64,000 bases of DNA, taken from the NCBI GenBank assembly GCA_050273025.1, contig CP158635.1, forward strand, positions 9,982,001 through 10,046,000. Direction: 5' to 3'. The notes below the pieces were generated by a model. That model ran no database searches. It had not been told where the DNA came from and was given only the letters and a program-made list of their open reading frames with translations. A program made the position numbers and the translations under genes. Shown here piece after piece: positions 25,201 through 36,949 of the stretch; the first letter of the stretch is position 1, and each line of letters begins with the position of its first letter. The DNA comes from Cenococcum geophilum. Taxonomy: Eukaryota.

Positions 25201-27239
25201 CAAAGTAAAAAAGGGGTGTCTGCTTTTACTATGTGGAAGTTAACTAGGCTAATTAGGGTCTTAACTGTAACTAATCCAATTAATGTAGTTGAGCTAATGC
25301 CGAATTAGACGTTTACGGCCCCAGTTTGCGTAATATTAATATCCGTATTGTCATTTGCGGTAGTCCTATATGCGAGGTATTATCTGTAGCCTGCAGTAGA
25401 CTTCTTGGAGGCGCCTATATCGATTATAACACCGTAGAATTCCTTAGGGGTATAGCGTTCTGTAGTAATATATGCAAATGGGTCCTGCTTGTAATCTATA
25501 ACGTCTGTAATGGGGGTGCTTGCGGAATGGTTTTTGGGCGCAACTGAGTATATAAAGGAACGGTCGGCTAATACGGTTGTAATATTAAAGGCTTAGCTGT
25601 CTGTAAAAGGTCCGAAAGTAGTTAGGAACGTCTCTAGGGTCTCCTGTTCCTGGTTGTCTAGGTTAAAGTTAATTATAAGAGCTTCTATTAACTTATTAGG
25701 GGGCTCCTCTTCTTCCTCTCCTTCGTATTCTAAGATAAACTGGCTAATCCGTTTATCAAATCTCTTCTTAGACCTGTTACGTTCTTCCTGGGTATGCCTT
25801 ATAGACCAATATCCTTCCTTGCTGCATATAAAGCACTTCTAACTGGTTTGTCTGCGGGGGTATGCTTTTGTACGGGAGTTGCTGCGGAGGTTGCGGGTAG
25901 AACCTGGTCGATGCGGATACTGCTGGTGGTATTGGCGGTCCGTAAAGTAGGCATCTAAATTAGGTTACGGATTTTGCAGGTCCGTAATAAAAGCTTAAGT
26001 ACTGCCTGGCGGGTTTAAGGCTTTATACGTTGCAATAGAGGACCATAAATTGTTAATAAGGCCAGCTATGGTGTCTGCGGGCTTGTAATAGGCGTATTTG
26101 TAGGGTTCCATTTCCTGGCAGGCCGTAATTAGTTTATTATGCAAGAAGTCGTCCGTTTGAAGCTTAATATTAAGACCGTGCTATAGGTGGCGGAGGTCTT
26201 TGATAAGGATTTATAGGCACTCTATGGTTAATTTTTTAGTATTCTTGTCCATTACGGTCCGTAACTTGGTCGCATTCCATTGGGTAAGGATATTATGCCT
26301 ATATTCCGGTCCTTTAAAGTAATTGCGTGTGGCTTCGCATAGCTTATTAAAGGGAACACCAAGGGGGTTGCTTTTAAGGTTGGTGTAGTAGTGGTTAAGT
26401 ACTAGGCCGCGCAGTATGGTAGAGTAGGCTTGGCTAAACTCCTGTTTAGGAATATCGGCCTTCTAACAGAGGTCCGTAAAGATGGTTAGTTTAAAGTTAA
26501 AGTTGTCGTTTTCACCGCTGTACTTGGATTTGTCGGTGTAGAGCTTAGCTAGGTTAGCTAGCTCCTTGCTGTAGGTCTTTACTTAGGTAGTTTGCGGGTT
26601 TGTAGCTTGTGGATTTGTGGGTTGCGGATATGTGGGTTACGGATCTGTAGTTTAAATAACGGGAGGGGTTTGGTCCGTATTTTGGTTCGCGGGGGTATTA
26701 TGGTCCGTAATTTGGGTTACGGGGGTATTACGGTCCGTAACATGAGTACTAGGTGTACTTTGGCCAGTAAGATTAATTCTAAAACTGCTTGGGTTTGTAG
26801 GATGAATTTGGTTAAGAGGGTTAGGTATAAGGCTAGTGATTATATTAAGTTTGGAAGAAGCAAAGAGTTCCTTAGTAGTGTTGTACTCGTCTAGGATTTC
26901 TTCCTTAGTCCATTCCGTTCGGTCCTCCTTATGTATTATATTATATAAGGACCGTGTGACAGTGACCCATTTGTTCCTTTTAACCCATACGCCTTAGTTA
27001 CGTAAAAGGGTCCGTAGGTTATAGATGGTAGTGGGGTTGCATTTTTTAAAGATGGCTTCTGTAAAGTCCGCAAAGTCTTCCTGGTATTGCTCCCATAGGT
27101 TAACGTTTATGAGCTTAAAGTATTTGTACTTAAGGATTTTAAATTTAATATAGTTGTTGACGTCATCTATAGATGTAACGTTAACTCCTTGTCTCTACTT
27201 TTTTTGACCTTTATTAACCTACTTACTAATGTCTGCCAT
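22239..27239 (-). pseudogene. gag-pol polyprotein of the GalEa-like Copia, with RIP stops
   Basis: Probable ATG at 27239. Domain order gag-PR-INT-RT-RH. Track ORF 24168..24431 (MAVKAINNTASPNGLVPTLLVYGAYPR) is an integrase fragment. Confidence 0.9.
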
Positions 27240-27742
27240 ACTGTGTAGTGTAGTATAGTGCGTAGCGGGTGGAAGAGGTCTTGTGAGGGTCTGTAAAATC
27301 GGTTGACGGGCCTGTAACGGTTCGTAGAAGGGTAAGGGGGTCTCCGTAGGGTCTTAACAGGTCCGTAGTGGTTTGTAGGAGGGTAAGAGGTCTCTGTAAC
27401 GGTCCGTAAAAGTAATTAATGGGTCCGTAATGGTTCGTAAAAGGGTAAGGGGTCTCTGTAAGGGGTTAGAGAGGAGGCCGGGGTATTTTAGTAGGGTGTG
27501 GTGGTTGCGTTCTTGGTGTAATTGTGTTCTTAACGTGGTCGCGTTGACTACTAGTACAGTGGTTAATATCTCTAATTAAGGTGGAGCGTAAACGTCTTCC
27601 AAAACTAGGGTAGATTTAAGGTAATTCTAGGTAAGGTGGAGCGTTAGACGTCTTCCAAATCTAGAGTACTTTAATTCTCTTTAACTGAAATAGGGGCTTG
27701 TAAGGTGGAGCGTTGGACGTCTTTTAAGCAAGTGCGTATCTC

Positions 27743-27768
27743 CTGATCTGTGCGCGCTTACTAATTAG
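27743..27768 (-). promoter_or_regulatory. Conserved Hairpin Site (CHS)-like motif in the PBS position
   Basis: Minus strand immediately after the 5' LTR reads CTAATTAGT-AAGCGCGC-ACAGATCAG. CTAATTAGT is the two-step RIP product of CTGATCAGT, which pairs with ACAGATCAG. Confidence 0.75.
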
Positions 27769-27986
27769 TGTTGGTACTAATTTAATGGTATAAGTGAGTT
27801 GTGTCTAGGGGCACAAAATACGTATAGTATTGTATGCTTATTTAGACGGTGGTGACTGTCGATTCTATTGAGGTAGACTACGTGGTCTATATACTGACGC
27901 GCCTCCCCCCTGATTAGTTAGCACGTAGGTGGTTGGTGCACGAACGCGTATTTACGCGTTTGTACACTAGGTGCTGTAATTATATA

Positions 27987-28678
27987 AGAAGGTTATTAAA
28001 TGCATCGCGGAGACGCGGCATTTTTTTAAGCAGTTTTTTAATATCCTTTTTTTTGCTTTTAGAAAGCCTGGAAAGCCATTTATTTTCTTATATAAGATCT
28101 ACGCGACGCTAGAAATATTAAAGGTGTTAAAATATATTACCGTCGCAGAATAGGCGTTTATTTAAATATTCTATTCGAAGTTCTAAGATATAACTCAATA
28201 AAAGGCCTTTATAGATTAGTTTTAGATTACGTTATTCTATACCTTAGGTTAACTTACTATTAAGATACAACCTTATAACTTACTACTTTTCCCTTAGGGC
28301 AAGGTAAGCTTTACCTACTTTAATATAATATTAACTATACAAGCAAACTACTATAGAGTTATTATTAAGCAGTAGTTCTGGCGGCTCGCTTTAACAGTCT
28401 AAAAGACCTACCTATGTTAAGTCAGACTTACGCAGACCTTTATTAAGGGTCTCTTGACTAATTAGAGCTAATATATAGTATTCTAGCTCTAAGCGGTAGC
28501 AGCCTTCTATCTTAAAGATGTTAATAAGTTAGAGAACGTTTTCCCAATTAAGGGTCCGAGCTCCTTTAACCTTCTAGTCCTCAAACTTCAGAAATAATAA
28601 GCGGATCTTTACATCCCCATAAAAGTAACTCTATTTCTCATTAAAGAGAGATAAGTCGCGCTCTAACTTAGAATCCAT
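27987..28678 (-). pseudogene. DUF3723 protein, 5' part
   Basis: ATG at 28678. Reads FYGDVKIRL..LKF...RTLNWENVL*LINIFKIEGCYRLELEYYILALI, CLYS*YYIK (CLHG.HRI), EYLNKRLFCDGNIF and NKWLSRLSKSK. The frame continues across the TSD. Confidence 0.82.
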
Positions 28679-29399
28679 TGCCTTTAACTTTAGCCTTTCC
28701 AGGTATATTAAAGCATTTTCTAGTTAAAACAGGTTTGTTCTATTTTTATTACAATATATAAATAGCTTTTTTATTTTTTTATATCCGTTATATTATACTA
28801 CGTATAATAACATATACCTCTAGACTAGGGGTTTACCGGTCTCTAGTAAAATATTAAGTTGCCAATAACTAATAGGTGGTTTAAAAATAGTAGAAAAGAT
28901 TATAAGAAATTAAGAGATCCTAACGCCTATCTATGTCCTATTTATAGCTTATTTCTATCCTTTTGCTCTATAATATCTATCTACTAGGAGCTTAGTAGAA
29001 GTTACCTCCTTCTAAGGATCCTGCTGTTATTAGCCACTTTCTTATAGCTATTCCTATCCTATCTAGAAATAGAAAAAACGCCTCTCTTCCTTTCTTTATA
29101 CAAAATAGTTTCTATAAAGAGAGAGAGGGTCCTAATTGCCTTTGCATCTTCTCTCTCTCTATAAATAGCTTTTTTTGCCTTAAATACTAACATTATTAAA
29201 ACTATTCTATTATAAAGCTAATATAAAGATTCCTATAAGAGTATAACGCCTAAACTTAGCTATATTTAAGTACTCTTATATACTTACTAAATAAAGTAAC
29301 AAATTCTCTTCTACTTAATAATTATATCTTATAAAAACCACGCTATATAGCTACAAGTGGCTAAATCTACTAGCTTTATAATTAATAACACTTCTTAGC

Positions 29400-32300
29400 T
29401 AGGCTATATTATTCAAGCCTTACTAAACCCTGCTTTATAGACGCCGAGTTTACTTCTATTCCTAGGTAAAAGGAGTAAAAACATTACTTTGCGGCAGCTA
29501 TTTCTATATAATAACTTTAAGAGGTATAGCTCTAAGGGAGTTTTAAATATCCAAATTAATATATCTTTAATAGCGTGTAATAACCTAATTATCTTTATAG
29601 ACGGCGATTTTACTAGCGCTGTTCTATCTTACCTAGCGCCTGCGTCCTACTATAAGAGCACTACTTATATAGTGGCTTAGTAGCCCCCTAGCGGACAGTT
29701 GGTTGTCAACGCTATATTTGCTTATATTATACTACCTTTTATTACAGTTCTTACCGTATTTATTAATGACTTTAATTCTATTGAATAAATTCCTGCCTTT
29801 TTTAAATAATAGGCTAATATTAGCAGTTATATAGGTGTCCTCCTAAAGACTAGCCCTAGTTTAATTATTGTTTCTTTATAAAAGAATATAACGAAAGCTA
29901 GAGCCGTTTACACAAGTGCTTACACTATAAAGATTTTCTCGTAAATTGCCGCGCTTAAGATAAACGGCTCTCTATCTCCTCTAGCAGGCTATAGGCCTTT
30001 AAAAAAGGAAATACTAAGACAAGTTAACAAGATTAGATATCATTTACGGCTTAAATACCAATTATTTACTGCGCATCACCTTAATGCGCTTTATTAGGCA
30101 GCGCTACTATATATAGCTATAACCGCCATAAAGCCCTTTAATATTATTTAAATAACTCGAAAGTATTATATATATAAGGATCTTAGTAGTTACATAAAAA
30201 CCGTTATAAGGCTTAGGAGGGAGGGAAAGATCCTCTATAAAGACGTCACTAAGTTCGTCGCATTAAGTATTTTAATAGATGTATATCCTCCATAAGCGTA
30301 TAGTAAAGTCACCTTCTTTATACTATTTCTTTTAACTAACTATTTTACTAGATTTTGCACTAAGGCAAATTTACCGTTTATTATATCAATCTGCATTTAT
30401 TTATGCGTTATTAGAAGTCTTTAATAAAAGTATAGGAGAGTATTAGAGCCGCTAAGCTAAAAAGCATATTTATAGTCTTTTCAAATTATTATAAAATATA
30501 CCTTTTACAAAAGCCCAAGCTCTAGATATTTGTCTATATTAGGCCTATATTAAAATAAATAAGATATACCTATTCTGTTGCTTTCGAACTCCTTAGTATA
30601 TACTTAGTTATAGCCACACTATTTGCGACATCTATGTTTAAATATTTGGCAATATAGCAATAGGAGCAGAGTATAAATATACTATTAATACCTATATTCT
30701 CTGCAAAGCAGTTCTATTTATAGGCTCTCTAACTATAAAGCTAAAGCCACCTACTTATGGTATCCGTATTTTTGGAATTAACAGTAGTGGTATAAGAGGC
30801 GTAATACCTCTAGAGTTCCTCTTATAAACCCAAAATTTACTTAGGTCCTGTGTTATTTAGGACTTTTTTAATATAGTTGTCGGTATAAGCTCTAGTAAGT
30901 AATCTATTTATTATTTAATACGGCGCTTATAAAAATAGGCGGCCTAAAAGCCTTACTTATATTTCTTTATAGATAGGACGTTGCCTAGTATAGTAAAATA
31001 TTTAACTAAACCCTTACGCAATTTTTTAAAAGCCAAAGGCCTACATCCAAGTCATTTCTCTTACGTTTACGCGGTTATCTCCGTATATAGCTTTTAGACA
31101 GTTAGTACAACGCTACAGCTTTAGAAAAATACTTTAAAAATATCTTTGGGCTAATAAGACGCTTAATAGATCCGATAGCTTCGGCTTACTTAGGTATAAA
31201 GGTGGCCGTAATAGCCACTAATATCTTAAACGCGGCACTTTTCTTATTTTCTAATTATAACCCTTTTATAAAGAAGACGAGTGGTTTGTCTAATAATAAT
31301 GCTAGTAAAGTAAATAATATAACTAAGGCTTCTAGTAGGCTATAAGTATACTAAACCGAAAGAAAACGGTATTAAAGAGATTCCGTATATCTGGTAAGCG
31401 TAAGTTAACCTTTAATAAACTAGGCTTCTTGCGCTAATTACTAAATAGTACTAGGGCTACCTCTGCCGCCCTAATATATATATTTAAAGCCCTTTAATCT
31501 TCTCTTTTACTACCTGCTAATTAATTAATAAGGTTATTCCGAGCTGTAGAACTAAAATTATTCGGCGCCTTTTAAGATAGGGGATTAAAGTATAATAATC
31601 TAATAAGCCTTGGACTTTGCGAGAGTTATTATATTTAGTTTAAAGACTATAGGGCTAATATAGTCCTATTTTTTAGAACTAGTATTATAGAGAGCTAGTC
31701 GCCTTAAGCTTTATATTTTAGGCATATTCTTAATAATAGGTTTATTCTAAGACTCTATCAATTATAGCTTTCTTCTTTTAATGGCGAAAGAATATAGAGG
31801 GATCTTACTGTATACTTAGACGATAATTTAAAAGCGAACTACTTTCGTTTTAATATAAAGCTAGAGAAATTAATAGCCATTAATAATACTTTAATTATGG
31901 CTAAGCTACGGGAGATAGTATAAATGTAGCCTTACGGAGCTACGGAGCGTTAAAGATTAGTCCTATTACTTTTGGCTTTATCCTTTTTTTTTAAGCTAGA
32001 CTACGCCCTAAAATTTAATGCAGGATTTTATAGATATAAGGGATTAATTTACTACTAAAACCAAATTAGCGTAATTACCGATATAATTAGTTATATATTC
32101 CCTTTGGCAATAGAATTTGTTACTAATTTAGTTACCCTAGCAACCTTTAAGGGTGCTTAAGGTGTTTATGCCTTATGCCTAAGGTTTAGGAAACTAGTGG
32201 TATTTTATATAAGATACCCTTCCGAAATTATTATAATATACCTTAGAGTAGATAAAGACATTTATATTAGAATTAGTAGGTTTCCGTAAAGCATATTTTG

Positions 32301-32460
32301 GTTTATTCGGCAATAATAACTTAATACTCCTTTTGGTGTTCCTAATTATAGTATACCTAGGTTAATTACTTGCTCTTACTGTTATATAGTAGAGGTTTCC
32401 TTAAAAAGACGTTTTAGTTCCCTAGGAGATACTGCGTGGAAGTAGATATAACTCCAATAG
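29400..32460 (+). pseudogene. Patatin-like phospholipase (FabD/lysophospholipase-like) with upstream Cys-rich/RING-like region
   Basis: YLFCCFRTP*YILSYSHTICDIYV*IFG, LKPPTYGIRIFGINSSGIRGVIPLEFL (DGGGxRG, about 30780), FFNIVVGISSS (GTSSG), RATSAA and F*DRGLKYNNL (DGG). Start approximate. Confidence 0.9.
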
Positions 32461-32696
32461 TTATAAAAATGTCTATAGTAATTTACCCATATTATTTTTC
32501 TATCTTTAAAATTTATATTTTATAAAATTATATTAAGAATAAATGTCTATTTATTTTCGTAATAAATTAGGCTAAGCTATAAATAACCTTAGCAAAAATA
32601 TTTTAGAGTATGGCTTACTTTAGAGCACAGCAAATTTAAGCATAAGGAATATTTTCCCCTATTTATTAAAATCCCGTAGGGGATTTAAAGCCATAC

Positions 32697-32905
32697 TTTA
32701 GAATAACCCGTGCTTTAAAATAACCTATACTCTAAAATAACCTATACTCTAAAATAACCTATACTCTAAAATAACCCGTGCTCTAGAATAACCCATACTC
32801 TAAAATAACCCATACTTTAAAATAACCCGTGCTCTAAAATAACCCATACTCTAAAATAACCCATACTCTAAAATAACCTATGCTCTAGAATAACCTATAC
32901 TCTAA
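32697..32905. repeat. 17-bp minisatellite CTAAAATAACCYRTRCT, about 12 copies
   Basis: Directly visible tandem units. Confidence 0.95.
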
Positions 32906-35489
32906 AAGAAGTGCTTTAGGAATATTATTCCGCTAGTATTCGCGCTTAGCATCTAATATATTTCTAGTATAGAATTTATCCTTAAAGATAACTTTATATA
33001 GCTCTTAAATGCAAGGAACTAATGCCTTATAGATAGGGTCCGGAAATTAGCCCTACTAAATCCTTTTACTAATAAGTCCCCTTAATTATATCTTCCTCTA
33101 AAATCAATTATATCTAAATTATAGATAGCTTTTAGCATTAATAATAAAGATATAGATTAGTAATATAGAGCTAAGGGTATTCTTTATAGACATTTAATAC
33201 ACCATCCTTTACTTTACCCGCCACTATAATAAAGAAATATATTACTCTATACTTAGAGGTTAGTACTAAAAACTTAAATAAATAACTATATTTTACTAAT
33301 AATAATTATATTTCCTAATAAATTATTAAGGGTAGTAGTAAAGTAATACTAAAGGTAAAGTAAGGGGCGGCTTTAAAGGGAAAGGACTAAAACTTATAGC
33401 AGCTGGGCCCCTAACTTTAAGTGATAACGCATCTATATTAATTTAAGACATCGTTTTAGAACGCGGTCTTTAATCCTATAACTCTATTCCTCTTTTAACT
33501 TATTTTTAGAATTTAGCTCTAAAGACTGCCTAATAAGTAGGGAAGGTCATCTAAGGGAATTTCTATAGTATAGGATCTGTTTTTTTCGCGCCTAAGGACT
33601 ACTAGGAATAATTATTCTCTAGCATTTAATGTGGCTCCTAGTCTTGCTTTAGGATTAGAGGCAGAGTTTAATAATTAAGAAAGGTTATTTAGAGGAACTT
33701 CTATAATATAAGACCCGTTTTTCTTACGCCCTAAAATAACTAGGAATAATAGTTCTTCTAAATTAGTATTAGAATTAGAAGTGGAGTTTAATAGCGGTTT
33801 TTAGGTGCAGTAATTATATATAGGGGATGACTTGTGTATAGATAGGGAATGGTAAGTCTACTAGAGATAATACTTTGTAGCGCGCTTTAAGTTTAACTAA
33901 CTGCTAATAGGCGTTAATAGTTGCACTATATGCTTATAGACATTATTACCCTTACCTTTATTATCTATATCGCCACTACTATTGTTATAGTTTTTGGCTT
34001 TAGCTAAATCGTTAGTAGGATTATAGAGAACTTAATTTAGATAGTTACTAATCTTACTATAGGGTAGTGTAGTGTTACGGGGAGAGAAGTGCTAAAGGAA
34101 AGGGCTAGTAGGTTACGCAGTGGAGGCCGCCTAGTTATTAGTATGGTTATAAAGGTTAAGGATAAAACTAGGAGAAAAGGTTTTATAGAAGGGTAATTTT
34201 TATTACTTTATAGGCCTAAGGTTCTTAGAATTATTAGAGCTGTAATTAATGTTTTTTAGTTACTTAAGCTAATTAAGTCTCTGCTTCTTTAATATTAATA
34301 ATATACTTTTTAAGTTTATCTTCTTACGCCCACCCTTATTAGCTAATAGGTTATCTATATTTATATTTATTAGTTTAAGGTCATAGTAATTACAGTCTTT
34401 ATAACTTACTAGCGCCCTCTACTTTTTTAGCTCCTAAAGACTCTTAACTAGTAACTAATATTATAGGTTCCTAACTAAGCTATAGAGTGGTTCTATTGCA
34501 ACGGCCGTTAGTTAGGTTGTTGCTATCTAATAATATAGGTCTAGTATAGCTGCGTATAGGTATATAGGAGAGCTCTTCTAGCGCTTCCAATGAGGGTAAC
34601 TTATTATTATTATCGCTACTATTATTTCCGTAATCTTTAGCTTTTAGGTCTAAGTTAGCTACGCTATCTTTAATAACTATTAGATCCGCTACTACTTATT
34701 AAATATATATAGATACTAGAAAATGATAGGAAAGTGCTAGGATAAATCACTTTAACTGCTTCCCCTACTGCTACTTACATCACAGATATCTTTATTCTCG
34801 CTATCCCCGTTATCCTTATTATTATTCTTCTTATAATTATATTCGGAATCTATAGACGCTTTATTAGGCGGAATATCTAAATTAAGGCCCTATATAGAGT
34901 AGAGTACCTAAGAGTAGTAAAGCTTAATACGCCTTAGGATTGTCTTTTGGGTAAAAATAAAGTCTATTAGACTTTCTCTAAAGTATACCCACGCTTATTA
35001 TTAGGGCTATAGGTTGTATAATACTAATAAGGGGCTTTTAGCTTTTCTTAAGTAGTAGTATAGAAATTAATTAAATGAAATTTCTAAAGAGAAACAGTGT
35101 TCGTCGCTATTGCTTAAGGGGAATTATAGGATTTTAAAATACGCGCTAGTCCTGCCTTCGCCGCTAGCTTTCGCCCGTAGCTTAGACTTCTTAACTAGCT
35201 AAGGCATCTAATGCATGCCGTTCGCGGGGTAAAGGTTTGTAATAGCCTAGACCTACCGCCTAATTAACACCTTTAGCAAATTACAGTTAGAATAGCGCCC
35301 CGCCTATATAGCTAGAATATTTAGCTCTAATAAGGCTGTTATATTAGTATTCCTTAATAAATGGCAACGCTAATATGTCTACTTTAACCTAACAGAATTA
35401 ATCTCCTGTGTTAATTGTTAGCTAGATATAAAGCCTAATATACATACGCGTCGCTAAATATCTATAATAGAAGGAGATAGTGTCTTTAT

Positions 35490-35915
35490 TAGTAGTAAGC
35501 GGAGCCCCCTAATACTAACTACTCTAATATACCTACCGCCTATATTAAGTAATTTAGACCTACTAGCAGCGAGCGGGGCTCTTACTCTAAGACGCCTACT
35601 ATACGCATAATTATCAAATAATTTAAGTATGCTAGTGGCTCCCTACTAACCCCTCTGCTACTAACACGCCTACCCTCCCGCATTATTAAGTGATTTAGAC
35701 CTACTAGTAGCGAGTAGAGCTCTTAAATGCTGATTGCTCTGTTACTAGCACGCCTGCCGCCTATGTGATTAAGTAACCTACTAGCGGCGAGCGGGACCCT
35801 CTAATATTAATTACTTTATTACTAGTATATCTACTAGCTATACTGAGTAATCTAAACCTACTACGCAGTAAGTGAGGCTCTATTAAGTAACCTAAATATA
35901 TTAGTAGTAGGCGGT
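35490..35915 (-). repeat. Degenerate ~70-80-bp tandem units (CTACTAGCAGCGAGCGGGGCTC core on +)
   Basis: Cores at about 35491, 35560, 35701, 35778 and 35858; the reverse complement aligns with the 15.6-kb array. Confidence 0.72.
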
Positions 35916-36949
35916 ATAGAATACTACGTAATGCTCACCCTCCTAATATAGACTAGCTGGCATTAATCCTTTATAGTTATATACTCCGACCTAAAAGACC
36001 AGACCTTTACCGCTTAAACGTCTCGCAAGTAGTGAGGTAGCTAGATAATCCTTTACGCCTAAGCCTGTAAACTATACGGCGTCCTTAAAATGCCCGTTTC
36101 AATACGACCGTATAGGTAGATAGGTATGCGTATATAGCTACCTAGAATGCTACTTATGAGGTCTGGTTTTAATAGCCTAATAGGGTATAGCTGCTTAGAT
36201 ATTTAGCTAGGTTTCTACTAAATAACCTAGTAGTATATCCTTATAATGTAGGCGGCTTTAACTATTAGCGGATACTAAAGCTGTTAGCTCTATACAATGC
36301 ATTTTAGGGGAAAAGAGCGTGTAATTGAATTGTATAATATATACTTAACCTAATAGAGAAGGCAGGGCAAGGCGGTACGCCTATCTATCCCTACCTGGGA
36401 AGGGTATATAAACGACTACAGAGTAGTCTTAATTGGGAATTAAAAGAAGAGAGGTAAGAGAAAAAGTAGAATTATAAGGATATATACGCGCTAAGAGGAT
36501 AGAGGCAGCATTAAAAGAACTTAATAAGCGTTAGAAAGTTGCTAATACTAAAGGCTAGAGTTAGGAGAGGCTAAAGAAAAGGCTATAATTAACTGTATTA
36601 ATTATTAGTTAAAGATATAAAATAGATACTTATATATATATTAGCGCTAAGGGGCGAATATATTTTAATACAACGGTGACGAGTAATAAGAAGAGGGGGA
36701 GGCGCGGTATAAGAAAAGATAAGGATAAGAAGAAAATAAGGCCCTTTAAGGTAAAGGTTAGGGGTTTTAGCGGAGCTAAGGTTTGCTAAGTTCTTACAGA
36801 CTAACCACTCCTTATTAACGAATTCTCTACTTTATAGGGGATAGCTATATATATATACTTTCCCTACCCTATAACCAAATTCTACTATAGGGCGTCTAAT
36901 TTATAAGATAATCCTTATATAAGATAAACTTCGCGAATATTATCTCCTC

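Larger units (their letters stand above)
21771..27986 (-). mobile_element. Full-length Ty1/Copia LTR retrotransposon, GalEa-like, 6216 bp
   Basis: 218-bp LTRs at 21771-21988 and 27769-27986 with 9 differences, all transitions. TSD AGAAG at 21766-21770 and 27987-27991. Minus-strand gag (CCHC knuckle KCFICSKEGYWS), protease (IDIGASKKST), integrase (LHRRFGHP, PGRFKFTL), RT (LRDISQAYVQS, LQTDNTL) and RNase H (FTNASF, YTNSKSLYDCL, NLADAITK). Confidence 0.96.

Noticed and set aside
22800..26894. Plus-strand ORFs in the track (22800, 23059, 23629, 25326, 25654, 26592)
   Set aside because: Antisense shadows of the minus-strand gag-pol.
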